From: Perna viridis
Taxonomy: Eukaryota
DNA length: 64,000 nucleotides
Reading direction: 5' to 3'
NCBI GenBank assembly: GCA_037379345.1
Contig: CM074513.1
Coordinates: 53,609,195 to 53,673,194 of the forward strand
Shown here: positions 51,201 through 64,000 of the stretch, in pieces
How the letters are laid out: each line of letters opens with the position of its first letter
Numbering within the stretch: position 1 is the first letter of the stretch
Notes under the pieces: generated by a model
Told to the model about the DNA's origin: nothing
Databases searched by the model: none
Seen by the model: only the letters and a program-made list of their open reading frames with translations
Made by a program: the position numbers and the translations under genes

Positions 51201-54200
51201 ATTTCACCCTGTGCTGCCATTTGATGAAAATTCAAGTCTAAAATAAAAAGTACATCATCTATTGACAATAACCACATTTACATATTCAATAGTTAGAAAA
51301 CTATCGTTATGTTTTGAATTTTGTTTAAAGTATTCAAAATCTCTGCATATCCAGTGGTTTGACCTAACTGTTGTGATTTACAATTACCATTATAATGTTT
51401 GACTGATTTATCAACCAAACGACAACTCAATAGCTTACTGTTTATTGCCATAATAAAGCATAGGGACTTATTACAATACGTACTGGATCAAATGAAATAA
51501 CCATTTTGATTCAGCAAATTTAATTTTGGACTTAAACATTTTTGTACATATGGCAGCACTTCCCTGAAACTAGTGATCAGATTTCAATGTTGAAATTGTG
51601 TAAAAGTAGTTAGATACAATATATACTTGATCAAAACACAAAGCCTTTGTCTAATTCACTTGACAAAGATTACATTACAATATTAGGATATATTTATTTG
51701 GTGTTGAATATCTCAAATGTGTTTTATCAAGGGAAATTAACAGAAGGCTACAGGTTTGCATTAGTCCATTGTTGAAGACTGCTCTTGAGATTTTTCTGTT
51801 ATGTTAAATCCTTGTTCCATCTTTTCTACTCAGTTTTCCATTGGTAAAAGAGTAGTTGTATATTATGTTCAAATACTGTGGTTTCATTTTTATTCATAAG
51901 GTACTAATTTCCATGGTATTCATGGGTAGTGGTGAACTACAAAAATTCAGATGCCAATGAACAATAATCTCTGTGGATGAATGTTCACTCCGATAGTTGT
52001 GTAGACTACCTGAGTCATTTGTATTCATTCACAAGAATTTTCACTTTTTGACAATTTTACTCATAATCCTGGAAATGAAATTGGAAGTCTTGAATCCCTG
52101 ACAGATGTATCATACTTATTTCATTCAAAATTAAAATAACTAATGCATCTAGGAATGATTTTTAAATATTAGTTTTGTGAAACATGTGTCCAAGAAAAAA
52201 ATATATGCTTACAAATCTTAAGCAAAAATAGTCTTGCTTCAGTGATAATTAACAGGAAACACAGACAACAAAAAAACATGAATAAATGTATCCACAATAA
52301 TAGGTAACTTGGAATATCCTTGAAAAATGACACAAGTTGAACATATAGTTCAAGCTGAAGTAATTAGATTGTTAACAACAGCTCTACCTTTTTTCAACAA
52401 ACTTACATCTTGGCAGAGGTGTTGTTGTCTGGACATTTCCTCTCTGTAAATTGGTCATCACAGTTGTTGGCTACAAAAGAAAATTAAAGAACCTTAGTGA
52501 GCGCGCTCAAATACCCCACGCGTCCCCATGTTGGACACGCAAGTTAATTTGTTTGTAAGAGAAATACATGTAGAAGGACCCCAATAAAAAGAGGAATCAA
52601 AATGTTTTTTAGGCTTTAGACCTTTATCTCCTAACTAAATTCTATCACTTAGAATGGTAGTTTCAAATTCCAGACTGTGATTTCTTTGAGTTTTAGTAAA
52701 TCCAAAGTAAATATCATCATAGCAGAACAAAACGTACACTTGACCTGTAACTTATCATAGTGAACTAATAAACCAAAAATCATGTCATAATCTGCAAGTG
52801 TTTAGAAAAAAAAAGTCCGAAAAACGGTTATTTCAGTGAATTTAGTTAAGTTCAAGGCCCATAATTTCAGTAAAAATCATCGGAGTGGAACCAACTACAA
52901 AATTGTCCTGTAACTTATCATGGTTAATTTCTATACTAAAACTCATGTCAATATCTGCAAACGTTTAGGAAAAAGTCCAGAAAACTGTTTTTTTCTGTGA
53001 ATTTTGCTAAGTTCAAGGCTCATAATTTTGGTAAAAATCATCAGAGCGGAACAACAGTTAAACTTGACCTGTAACTTATCATGTTGAACTAATATACCAA
53101 AAATCATGTCAATATCTGCAAGTGATTAGAAAAAAGTCTAGAAACTGAAGACGGACTGACGGACGAACAGATCAAAAGCATTATACCCTTCGCAACTTTG
53201 TTGCGGGGGGTATAGTAATGATATCAACTAACACAAAGAACCATTCTAATTTGACATGCATACAAAGCAATCTAAAAGAAACTAAAACATCTGTATATTA
53301 CATACGAAAAGAATTACATTGCATGCAATATTTACTCAAAAATGTACGTAAACAAATAAATTACTGGTTCCAAATGAAATTCGAACAAATTTTATGAAAA
53401 AGGATTGTTCTTTTTAATTTTTTTATTCCTATTCTACAAAATATTATAAGATGAGGATTGAAGGATAAAGAGGTATATTGTTTTTACATATTTTCACCCC
53501 TATTAAGTGAAAATTTTGGCTTTCCAACTAAAATGTCTTTTTGGCATAAATGTATGTTAAAAAGATGACTTAACAGATACAAAAATATTTCAAGCAGTTA
53601 TGCCAGGAACATGTAAAAAAAATGTCACAAATTAATGTTTCTTATCAATTTTCAATCATTTTTTAAAAGAAATTGTGAGGTTTGTGGGTGGTTTTCCAAT
53701 CAAGAAATATTGACCACATGTTTCAACAAAGTAAATTTTTGACACAAGTTGTCTTGACCCAATAGACATTGATATCAGCAGTGTATGTGGTGAATATTTC
53801 CTACATAGAAAAATGTTATGAAATCAAATGTTGTTCATCAATATGGTCAAATTTATACCTTTTATGTGTACTTTGCACTTTGGTTTCCATGTCGAGCATG
53901 CATTTACAACAAAAAGGTTTTTTAAGCAAAGATAGAACACATTTTATAAAAAATTATGCAATATAAGTATTGATTTGACAACTTTATTTTCTGGGGTAAA
54001 TTTGATATAAACTTAATATATTCCTTTAAGGAAAGTTTTCTAAATCCCATGAGTTTTGCCAGACTCCAAGGTTGATCATAATATTATTGTCCAGCCTTAC
54101 AAAGTCTAGATAGACTGTGAAAGTACTTTATTCTTGAACATCAACATTCATGATTTGTAAAAAATTCATAAGTTTGATGTATTTTTTAATTTATTGTTTC

Positions 54201-55873
54201 ATATTCATATTTCTTTAGGAATTTGAATTGGTTGTTTGACCAAAACCTCCTACACCATGAAAATTGGAGCCTCAAAGAAAAATATTTCTTCCACAGTAGC
54301 ATGTCAAACTGGAAAGCTTACAAGATCATGATTAAATTTGGAGGATATTTTCCTACAATGTATAGTCAAATCTTACATGGAAAGCTTTTTAAATAAGTAG
54401 AACTTACAATAAGATTAAAAGTGGTACTTTCAATTTACATTAATACTTTTTAAGTCAGTTTATATGTTTGTTTTTCATATAAATTTATTCTGCCAGTTTT
54501 CCAGCTGTTTACATCACTGAAAATTATTGTAAATTAACTAAAATGTACCCTTGCAGCATCTGCAGACTTCTTGGATGGAGAAATGCATGAATCATCTTCA
54601 GAGTTTTCTATAACAAAAGGAAATTTACACAAAAACTTGTCATGATGGCAGCTAGAATATGAAATGCTAGATACAAAAATAATTTGTGATTGCTTGTTTC
54701 ATGTGTTCCTGTGTGCTGTTTGTTTCAACAAGTTGTAATTTAATTGTGTAGAGCAACTTAATTGATCGTCATCTGTCATCCATTTATTGTTTAAGCCTTT
54801 CCTTCATGGGATTTGACTGATGTACCACTTTTTTCACAAGTGGTTTCAGTCAAAAATTCAAAATGCTCTAGATAATTCATGTTTAGTCCAAAAAACCTCA
54901 CACTTGGTGGAAGTATTTACTAGCAAAGTGTCTTCAAAAGGCTGTATTATGGCTACCATGTATTAATCAGTATTACATGGTAGGGTCAGATACTTAGCCT
55001 TAAAATATAGCTATTGAACAAGTTTTTAGGCTATTTGGCAAATCTGTAAGGCCCCTAGATTTTGCAGTCAGGAACAACATTCCCCCTCCGGGACCCCCTG
55101 GATTTTCTTTTTGTTCCCAATATTTCTGAAAAATGGTGAAATTTTTTGCTATAAGCCATTCTAGCCAAATGGCTTACTCCCTCTACAAGCTTTAGAAAAA
55201 GGGGTGGGTGTTTTAAAAGAAGTAAAGGGTTAAAAGAATTAAAAATCCATTTTTTAAAACCCATATATATCTTTTTTCTATTTAAAAAATTGCCTACTGG
55301 TGAAGTTTCGCACATCTCTTAATTCAAAAAACGTTGACATTACTTATTTAAACTTACTAATTATCTCATAGACATTACAAAAGACTAGAACCTGGTAATA
55401 CATTGTATCTATTTCATTTGTATACGACTGCTTTGATGATTATCTCACGGAACAGTTCCCACACATCTTACTTTCACTATCTTATTCATAGTGAAATGTA
55501 TACATATAACTATTATTTACAGGAATCTGTTCTGAAACTAGTCTCTTCATATTTCTAGTTTAATATACATATACATGTATATGCCAAAACAGGGGGGGGA
55601 CATGAACTATTTCTAACAAATCAATAACTGCATATATTCTTTAAAGAACTTACCATCAGCCAATACTGAGGCAACCTCTAAATCATTCTGTTCTTGGTCA
55701 CTATCAAAAGGTGATACTAATCTCAATGAAGTTGGAAACCTTTTCAGGGGAGATAATACAGGTGGTCTCTTCATACGTTCTGGTGATTTCTTCAGGTCCT
55801 TCTTCAGCATCTTGTCATCTCCATCCATTGTTGAACTGATCAAAATTGAAGTACTATGTGGAAGGTGAAACAT
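48270..55873 (-). CDS. ANKRA2: Ankyrin repeat family A protein (ANKRA2/RFXANK family)
   Basis: Minus-strand exons: 55873 (or 55828)-55654, 54607-54549, 52470-52407 (PTTVMTNLQRGN), 51237-51172 (FHQMAAQGE), 50351-50125 (GLTALLWAAAYGQ, GENCLLLASSGGY), 49153-49006 (GSTALMYAAYRNH, MTAMELAVGQG), 48316-48270 (VREMIDKHMLSLFGE*). All phases compatible, five ankyrin repeats, 261-276 aa. An acceptor at 55884 implies an upstream UTR exon. Confidence 0.92.
50568..51095. repeat. 38-bp minisatellite, about 14 copies, in an ANKRA2 intron
   Basis: Unit attatgtacaactgactgaatatggttagataaaaagc. Confidence 0.95.
52487..53214 (-). mobile_element. Helentron-associated element (sub-TIR, GTCC microsatellite, 160-170-bp internal repeats, terminal hairpin)
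   Basis: tataccc...cgcaactttgttgcg...gggtata at 53182-53214, gacggactgacggacg, three ctgtaacttatcat units, tgagcgcgctca hairpin at about 52498. Confidence 0.7.
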
Positions 55874-56810
55874 TTTAATGCTCCTGATGAAACATTAATT
55901 TAAAAAAACATCTTTGATAATTTTTGTCAGCTCTGATTTGATATATTATTCTTATAACCTTCCAATATAGTAAATTTAGTAATGATATACGGTTTTAAAT
56001 ATCCTAATGCATTATCCTAATTGTCATGGTCTGAAATGTCTATGGGCCAAAATGTCCAGCATTCACAAAGAATTATGGGTTGTCATGGTTCAAAATGTCT
56101 TAAGAGTCAAATTGTCCAGCGTATGTAAACACTATAGTTCCTATTAACTGCAAAATGTCTATAACAATTTTTTTTATTTTATTTAGTTTGGTTTCATTCT
56201 GTTTCAATTTGTATTGTTTTATTTTGTTTTCATTTCTTCTTGATTAATTTCGTTTCGAATTGTTTTGTTTTGAATCTTTATTTATCAATTCTTTTTGTTT
56301 CATTTTGTTTCGTTATTTCACAATTTTTAAGTACTAAAGAATTACATGTATAGGTAACACGGATTAAAGTCATTTTCATTAAACATCTGGGCACCATAAT
56401 TCAGACTGTTATAACTAACCCTATCTTGAAAAGTTATGATTTGATTTGTATTTAATCATCAAAACTAGCAAATATTTTCAGAGACTGGTTTTAATATCAA
56501 TCACATTTACACAGTATATGCAAATGAAGCTGCCATGATGCTATTTTTTCAGCTCCTGAAACTGCGGGTACAAACCAGATATTGATGCTTTTTCTGGCCA
56601 CAAGTATGCAGAACCCACTTCTACAACCATTACATATATACAATATATGAGCATAATACATAGATAACAACAGTAAAACTAAGTTTACATATTCTGACAG
56701 ATTTTAGAACCAGTACATGTAGTGAAAATATAGGTAGGAAAGTGAAGCAATGTCAATCTATAGTAGCTTTCAATATTGTAGTAAAGCTGAAGTGGACACC
56801 TAGTCATATG

Positions 56811-57077
56811 CTGCAGTAATCCCTTATGGGATTCAGTGTCCAGAGCTGTTTTCTGATTTGGCCGCCCACTGAATCCCTGAATGCCATAAACTTCATTCTG
56901 TCCTTCCTTGTTTGAGTGTGTCTAATGAAGCATGTGATGTAAAAAGTTCTGTTCCCAGGTGAGGTAAATTATTCCATTTTTCCAGAATGAAATGTGCAGC
57001 ATAAACAGGGATTCAGTGGGCGGCTAAATCAGAAAACAGCTCCAGGCACTGAATCCCAAAAGGGATTAATACTGCAG
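56811..57077. mobile_element. MITE with about 68-bp TIRs, each internally palindromic
   Basis: ctgcagtaatccctt..gggattcagtg...cactgaatccctg / cagggattcagtg...cactgaatccc..aagggatta..actgcag. Confidence 0.8.
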
Positions 57078-57369
57078 TTGCCATTCTAGCCAATCTAGGA
57101 GTAAAACTGGTGAGTAAAAATGAACATCCTGAAGGGTGTGTCTTGTTAAAGCTGTTTTCCTAATTTTAGATGCAAAACAATACACTCAAATTAACTATTG
57201 AATTGCTATTATCATTAACATTTCGTTTGGACTTCGGTCAAAAAATATTTTGCATTCTGTAAAATACGTGACCAAATGATGATTGGTCATTTTGAAAACC
57301 CTCTCCCTTTAAAATTTTTATTGGTATATAACAAAACTAAAAGGATTTTTTTAACTCAATTCGTTGTCT

Positions 57370-57670
57370 GTAAGTGTAAACGCTGCGACTAAGTATCGAT
57401 GAGGTGATAGGTCGTCGTATGATGGGAGGAATACGATAGTACCGTAATGCCTTTACTTAACATTCAATGCCTTGACGGCACCAGTGTATAAACGTGTATA
57501 AGTTATCATTCATTTATAATAACAAAAAGTGGGTAATTTTAATGCATTCTTCGCATTTTAGCATTGATTAAACCGAAAAAGGGAAACGAAGGCGAAGGAC
57601 AGAAACCGGAAGTTTACAAAGCAATTAAAATTTCCTCATCGATCACGGATTTCTATGGGGACAACTCGGT
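57370..57670 (-). promoter_or_regulatory. Candidate ANKRA2 promoter (CpG-retaining patch with ETS site)
   Basis: Local CpG enrichment and ACCGGAAGT at 57605-57613, upstream of the ANKRA2 first coding exon. Confidence 0.45.
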
Positions 57671-60513
57671 CTAGTACTAACTGGTCCTTTTTTTTAAATT
57701 TTTTTGGCTCATCTTTTAGCTTGAAAATTCCCAGAATCTGTCAAGATGCCGGTGTGCAAATGTTAAATACGTACTATCATATGAAAAAAAAAGATAGCTG
57801 ACGAGGTAATATTTTGTTCTTCCTACTTTTAATTTTCTGCATTAAACAGATGGCATGCAATTTCGATACATTTTTTTTTAAACACCACGATGTTAATAGG
57901 GAAACTGAATTGCAATCAGGTGACTTGTGTTTCCATGGAAAAGTGTCTTTAAGGTCAAAGGGTAAAAAGCGAAAATATACCAACTGCATCAGGAAAAAAT
58001 TACTTTAGGGCTGGAAAACTTGAAAAATATTCAATTTAAACAATTGTGTATTCATGGAGTAACAGTGCTTTCTAAAACCATTAGGATTTTTAAACTAAAT
58101 TCATTGTCTGTTAACACTGGAAGGTGAAGCAGTACAAGAGAGCACTTATGAAAGATTCATTGGCATCTGCCTTATTGCCAATTGGTCCTAAGGGTTCTAA
58201 TAGCCAAAAGGTTTATTGGGCTATTAAACACAAAAAAACATTAATTCACTCATTATAAACATTTGAAAACATTATGTTTAAAGTATTTCTTATCACCTGT
58301 TTGTGTCATGTAAGTAAAAAAGATCATTATATAAAGTTGGTACCACAATATAATGCAGAAAAGTTTTTGTACATATTGTGCAAAAACAAATATTTGGAGG
58401 CTTGTTTTACAACAAAAACAGAAGAGAATATGTTGTTTACGGTATGTCTCCATTTTGGTCATTCCCAAGTTTCTCTGAAGTCTCTAGTATTTTACGTTGT
58501 ATATTTGTGTTGTCACTGATTATATACATTGTTGAACTTGTTTGGTCAAGATTTTGCTAGTTACAGGTGCTAAATGAGACTGACATACCATTTCTGATAC
58601 CAAAATACTGTGGTCAATGTTGAAGAACATAAAATGGAAACTTTTGTAAGATTTGAAAGTCAATGGACAATGATAATGAAGACAAAGACAGCTCACAGTA
58701 GGGTAAGTGTCCATTGCTTTTCTAAAGCATTCACCCTGTTGCATGAATATATGCTATGGTTGCAATAACAGATATAAACGTTATCTCCTATGATCAATCA
58801 GCATATGTGTGACAAATAAAAACATAACCGTCATTCTATGTTCAGTACCACAGTCAGACAAACAAAATGACTCTTCCAATATGACAACAACAAAGAAGGC
58901 CAATAAATAAAAGATAATAAATCATTATAAATATAATCGTTTTATTGTTTTTGATTACAAAAGGTCTTAACTAACAATAACATGGAATACATGATTTCCA
59001 TCAACAGTTAAGTTCCATTGGCACTGAACATTTACCAACATTTAATTCATTCACTATTATAATGATAAAATGTAATCCTCTAAATTTGACCATCTCCAAA
59101 ATCACCTAATGTCTTGACATACTTCAGGTCTAAGAGATTGTCATTCTGATGGAGAAAATAAATGGACTGCATATGAATTCTTTAACTATGAAAAATACAA
59201 AAGCAAATAAAATGTAGGTAAATTTAAAATGTCCAAAGAATCCCTCAATCTGTTCTCACTATCTAAAAGATACTTTAATAACAATGAAAATAAAATTAAA
59301 TCATGAATTTCAAATATACAGTTTAAGTTTTATTTGAAAAGACATGGTAAAACAAGGCCAACATCACAAAAACAGAGGTTCAGAAATGCAATACTTCAAG
59401 AAAGGTTTTGTAGCAACTTGCACCTGACACAAACAGCACAAACACTAAGTCAAAGTTGACTTATTAAAAAAATTGTAACCCAAAGTTCTACAGTACATTT
59501 GTTTTATAAACAATTACCTTGCCATTGTTTCATTAACTACAGGATATGTAGATAAGATCTGATGGAAAATAAAAGAACCCCTCCAGACAACATGATAGAT
59601 GTACTACACAAACCTAATCAGCTATTCAAGATTACACACCAAATAAATGCAGTTACAGTTTTTTTTAAATGCAAAATAAAACATTACATGCAAAATATAT
59701 AAGGAAACTAACCCTGTTTACATATATTAATAAAACTGAGAAAAACAATACTTTACCAGGAAAGTGGATAAGAAACACAGGCAGAATAGAGATCAATGAG
59801 CCTGTCTTACCCAAACTATAAACAAGCTACAGACATTAAAGTAACATTTTAAAATAATGTAAAGTTGGCAACTGTAAATTATAAGATTAATTACTGGACA
59901 AAGTAAAGCAACAAAAAAATCATTTGCTGAGGAATGGGACGGAATATTAATATAACTAAAACAAATACTAACTAAAAATAAATAATATCACAGTTTTAAT
60001 ATCCACTTCTGTGCAGTTCTGTTTCCAGATCAACAGCTTTGTTCACAAAGCTGAGTTTAATCATCATTTATCGAACACTGTAACCATGAAAACTGAATGT
60101 TAACTTCAAACTCATTGTTGTAGTTACGTCAAATCACCTCAAACAAAATAAACAAAGCAATAAAATCTAGTAAAAATCAATAAAAAAAACTTTTACCACT
60201 GTATCTCTCTACTGTGATATTGTAGTAAGGAACATCATGAGTAATGAACAGTCCCTACAGGGTCAATGTTTTGTTGGTGTAGTTTTATCTTTCTACACAG
60301 AAAACTTTCATCTATAATCCATCAAGCTTTTTTTCTCAATGTAATGTACAGGAAGCTATTTACATAATTTTTTTATGATGTTAAACACATTTAACAAGAA
60401 TAAAATGTAAGGAATGTATGGTAACAATGAGTACTGATATCACAGCTATGTTAAGTCTTTTTAAATGAATGATATGCAACACAGCAACAACATTCAGATG
60501 AATCAAATCTTTA

Positions 60514-63397
60514 TCATCTTCCATGTGGTTCAAATGCTTTTGGACGAACATGTGACCTGTGTGATCTGGTTGGCGTCTGATACTTTGGTGACCTGTAAAA
60601 AAGATGAAAAATCATTGTAACCAAGTAGCAGATTGAATTTGATTTTATTAAACAGTTCTTTAAAACATCCAATCTAAACATTGTTCATTCATGTAACTGC
60701 TCCTTACATAAGTACTGTTTACAGGTTACAGGACAAGAATGAAAAACTGAAAATCAATGTAGCTACTTTCACAATTTATCTGATAAAGCATGATCATTAA
60801 AACATCAATAAAAACATTTTATAGCTGCTTACACTATGGAATAGCAGTTACCTTTGTACAATTATGTATTTTTTTAAAATGAAAATAATAGTGAAGTAGC
60901 AAGGAATTTGTTAAATAGAAATGTAGTTTTAACTCCATAAAAAGTCTATCATTTATCAAAGTAAACAAAAAATATTAAATTTCGTTTACTAAAGAAGGTA
61001 TATGCCCTTGTCTTTGTTTGCAGCCCCCTGGCTACAGTTACACAACAGTTCAGTAAACAAATTAATCAAAACAACAAAATACATATATAATGCTAACAAA
61101 TTTGGTTTCAAATAAAAAAAAAAAACAATAACAAAGTCAAAAATAAAACAACCTTAATGAACAAATATACTTTCTTACCTAGTACACATAATCTTCATAC
61201 CTGTAACTTACCCAAGTATACATTCATATAACCTGTTTAGGAGAGGTGTCATTACTTGTTGTATGGAAGAAGTGGAGCTTGAAACCCCCACCATTAGGAA
61301 TAGCCTAATGTTATAACTATTCTTTTTATACTTAGATATCAGTTTTGAAACATTTTCTGAATATGAAGGTAACTATCATTAGAAACATATTTATATACAA
61401 GGGTGGATATGACATTTTTTATCACTCTACAATCAACAAATTAAGGTTCTAATTAGTAAAAAGGGTGCTCATGTGTCTTCTTCAAATTGGTAAATGGTTG
61501 ATAACAATTTGGAAAAAAGTGAAAAAGTTTAACCTTTCAATAGAAAAGGTTGAATAAATTCAAGGTAATTAAATTAAGGCTTTTATCTGTGCGCATGTAA
61601 GCCTAATGCCCTTTGAATTTCAGATATTTTAAAAATCATATTTACTTCACTCAACACAAGCTCTAAAATCTAAAGTCAGTGACTTAGCTAGTGCTTCTTA
61701 CTTTTGGTTGATGAATCATCTTCAAGCATGACCATTTTTTTTTAATCCAATGAGTCATTTTATTTTTTTCAACACCAATCATTAAGTTAAAAAAAATGGC
61801 ACTCTTTATCTGTGAAGCTTTGTAGGTTTATGATCCACGTATATCAAAGATATAATTTGAATTTATATTACCAGTATTAGTAATTATAGTCTGCACACAC
61901 ACACTTGGACTAATAAAATTACAAAAGGGGGCCAATCTAATGTAAATATCAATAATCTATAACGGTATTCCAAGTATGGCCATTTAAAAATATTTAAAAT
62001 TAATGTTGATGATTGAAAATGTGAACTTTAAGAAATTCAAATTCATTTTAACTATCATTAACTCAGGGCAGTTGTATAATATACTAGACACAAATCTCCT
62101 TTCTGTTTCATCTTAAGAAGAGGACATTGAGCCTTGTAATGGATGTAAAATCTTGGCAAAGATAAAAGTGACTAAATGTTTTAAAATCTTGGCTAAAACC
62201 CTGAAAGTGTAACCTTAAAGGCTACCCCTTTGTAAACAATCCTCCTTTACCTTAAGATGATTGTTGATTTATATTCTTTACTTACCTATCAGTTTTTCTA
62301 CTTCCACCCCCAGTTTTAGGTGTCGATTTTGGTCCAGCAAATGATAACTCAGAGTCTTCCCTGAAAGTAAAGGAGTAAATCATTACATTTAATTGTGAAA
62401 AACTGGAGATAAGTAAAAGTTTAACAGTGCTAGTTCAAAGTTTTGCTTATTTCAATTTTGTACATTATGTATACCAGGTTTTATGATTGTGAATATGGTA
62501 AATAACCTTTTTTATTCACTACATGTATCACAGATAGAGGAAAGATAATAATGATATTTTGTAAGTACAAAGCAGGCTATTCAAGTAAAACATTTCTTAA
62601 CCCCAAGGAAAGCAAAATAAATTCCTTCCATGCAATGATCTATTCACTTTATCAATATATTGCAGAATTGAATGTAAAATCCACAACCACTTTTATAGGC
62701 ATGCTTTAATAATATACAGAATAGCCCTTAACATCCATTTTAAAAAGTATTGCAAAAAAGACTGGCAATATAAAGTATGTTCTTACTTAATGGGCAAGAA
62801 TTCAGCACTTGTTGAATCAAAATCCTCCTCAGATTGTCCTTTCTGTACATCTCTGGTGGGTATCTGTGTCTGTCATATATAACCATTATTACAAAGTGCT
62901 CAGACCCAATAAACAAAGGCAATATATTGTAGCTAATTAATGTATTAAACTTATATTTGGGATAATAGAACAAATATCATACATGTAAGTATACATCAAC
63001 TATCTAGACAACTTGGACAGCCCAATTACATTAGTTTACACTTTTCATTTCTTTATTTTTTATAGCAGCACATTTGTGTAAGGCTGTTTATCATTACTCC
63101 TATTCCACACAGCAGTCTGGTTATTGTTTGCCATTCTACAATTTGTGTATGCTTATAGTACTTTGTTTGAAGTGGGTTTTTTTCATACAAGAAATTAACA
63201 TCATTGCTTAATTCTTTATATACAAATACACATATAGTTAAACACTTTACCTCCTCCTCATACTCCCTCCTTACTGCATCACTTAACTCCCTCTTCAGAG
63301 TCAATATATGTTTCTTATGAGACTCTATTTCTTCTTCTAATGCCTTTACCTTGGCATAAGCTTGATTCTGATGGTCAACAAATGCTCCAACCAAATT
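60514..63397 (-). CDS. CCDC171: CCDC171-like coiled-coil protein, 3' exons (gene continues beyond window)
   Basis: Exons 63397-63251 (NLVGAFVDHQNQAYAKVKALEEEIESHKKHILTLKRELSDAVRRE), 62869-62787 (...EFLPIK), 62360-62286, 60592-60514 (SPKYQTP...HGR*), with compatible phases. Resembles the recalled CCDC171 C-terminus (LEKEMTSHRSHIAALKSEL...RE...DFLPLK). Confidence 0.75.
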
Positions 63398-64000
63398 CTG
63401 TTAATTAGTAAATTGGAGAAAAAGATATAATCAAAATAATGGTTAGACTACATGCTCAATCATTAACTTTGAAAATAACAGAGTTAGGATTATGGCACTT
63501 GATTGTACTTTTTCTATAATTTTTATTACATATGACCCCTCTTGACATGGAATTGATGACACCATACATATCCATTAAATGTTGTTAATAAAACAGAAGT
63601 TTATAATTACCATTCTGAAAATTAAAGAAACATCTTCCATTATAAGGAGTGAATTGTAGACTTTTTTCATATCAGTTAGTTATCAAGGTACGTAAACATT
63701 ACAATATTGTCATTTTCATAACAGTATTAATTTAGTTATGATCCAACATGATCTCATGCAGGTCAAAATTGTTAAAAAAAGGTATTTAAAATTAGCAGTT
63801 AAGGCCATCAGAGCCATTACATTTACGTGTTACATGTATCATATTCATGCTTGTAACTGCCATAAAGCCAGAACACAGGAATAAACTGACAAATCAAAAC
63901 ATGCATAAAAACTTATAGTGACAAAATAATTGCTGTTAACAATCATTCACCATATTTCGTTTAAAAAAAAAAAATTTTGCTATTGTGAAGTAACAATAGC

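Overview
AT-rich, intron-rich animal genomic DNA. The repeat families resemble bivalve (Mytilus-like) repeats, which is an inference. There are no prokaryotic features. I reconstructed five protein-coding loci by reading GT-AG exons and checking phases: (1) the 3' part of an LRRC28-like LRR/BC-box gene (+, to 6864); (2) a 345-aa unknown gene with one coding exon (-, 10842-11879) whose C-terminus has helices resembling PKA-RII/DPY-30 docking (AKAP) helices; (3) a complete KATNAL2 gene (+, 17594-44408); (4) a complete ANKRA2/RFXANK gene (-, 48270-55873); (5) the 3' end of a CCDC171-like gene (-, 60514 to beyond the window). Non-coding space holds a decayed, intron-containing Tigger/pogo transposon and a deletion derivative, a TGT...ACA element inserted in (TA)n, a headless SINE with a 10-bp TSD, several MITEs, Helentron-associated elements, an RTE fragment and minisatellites. 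Most notable: a cassette of four frame-preserving small or micro exons (42, 33, 15, 21 nt) in the KATNAL2 linker, the AKAP-like protein, and tandem repeats built from copies of LRRC28 exon-intron junctions. Family names come from recalled motifs, not database searches.
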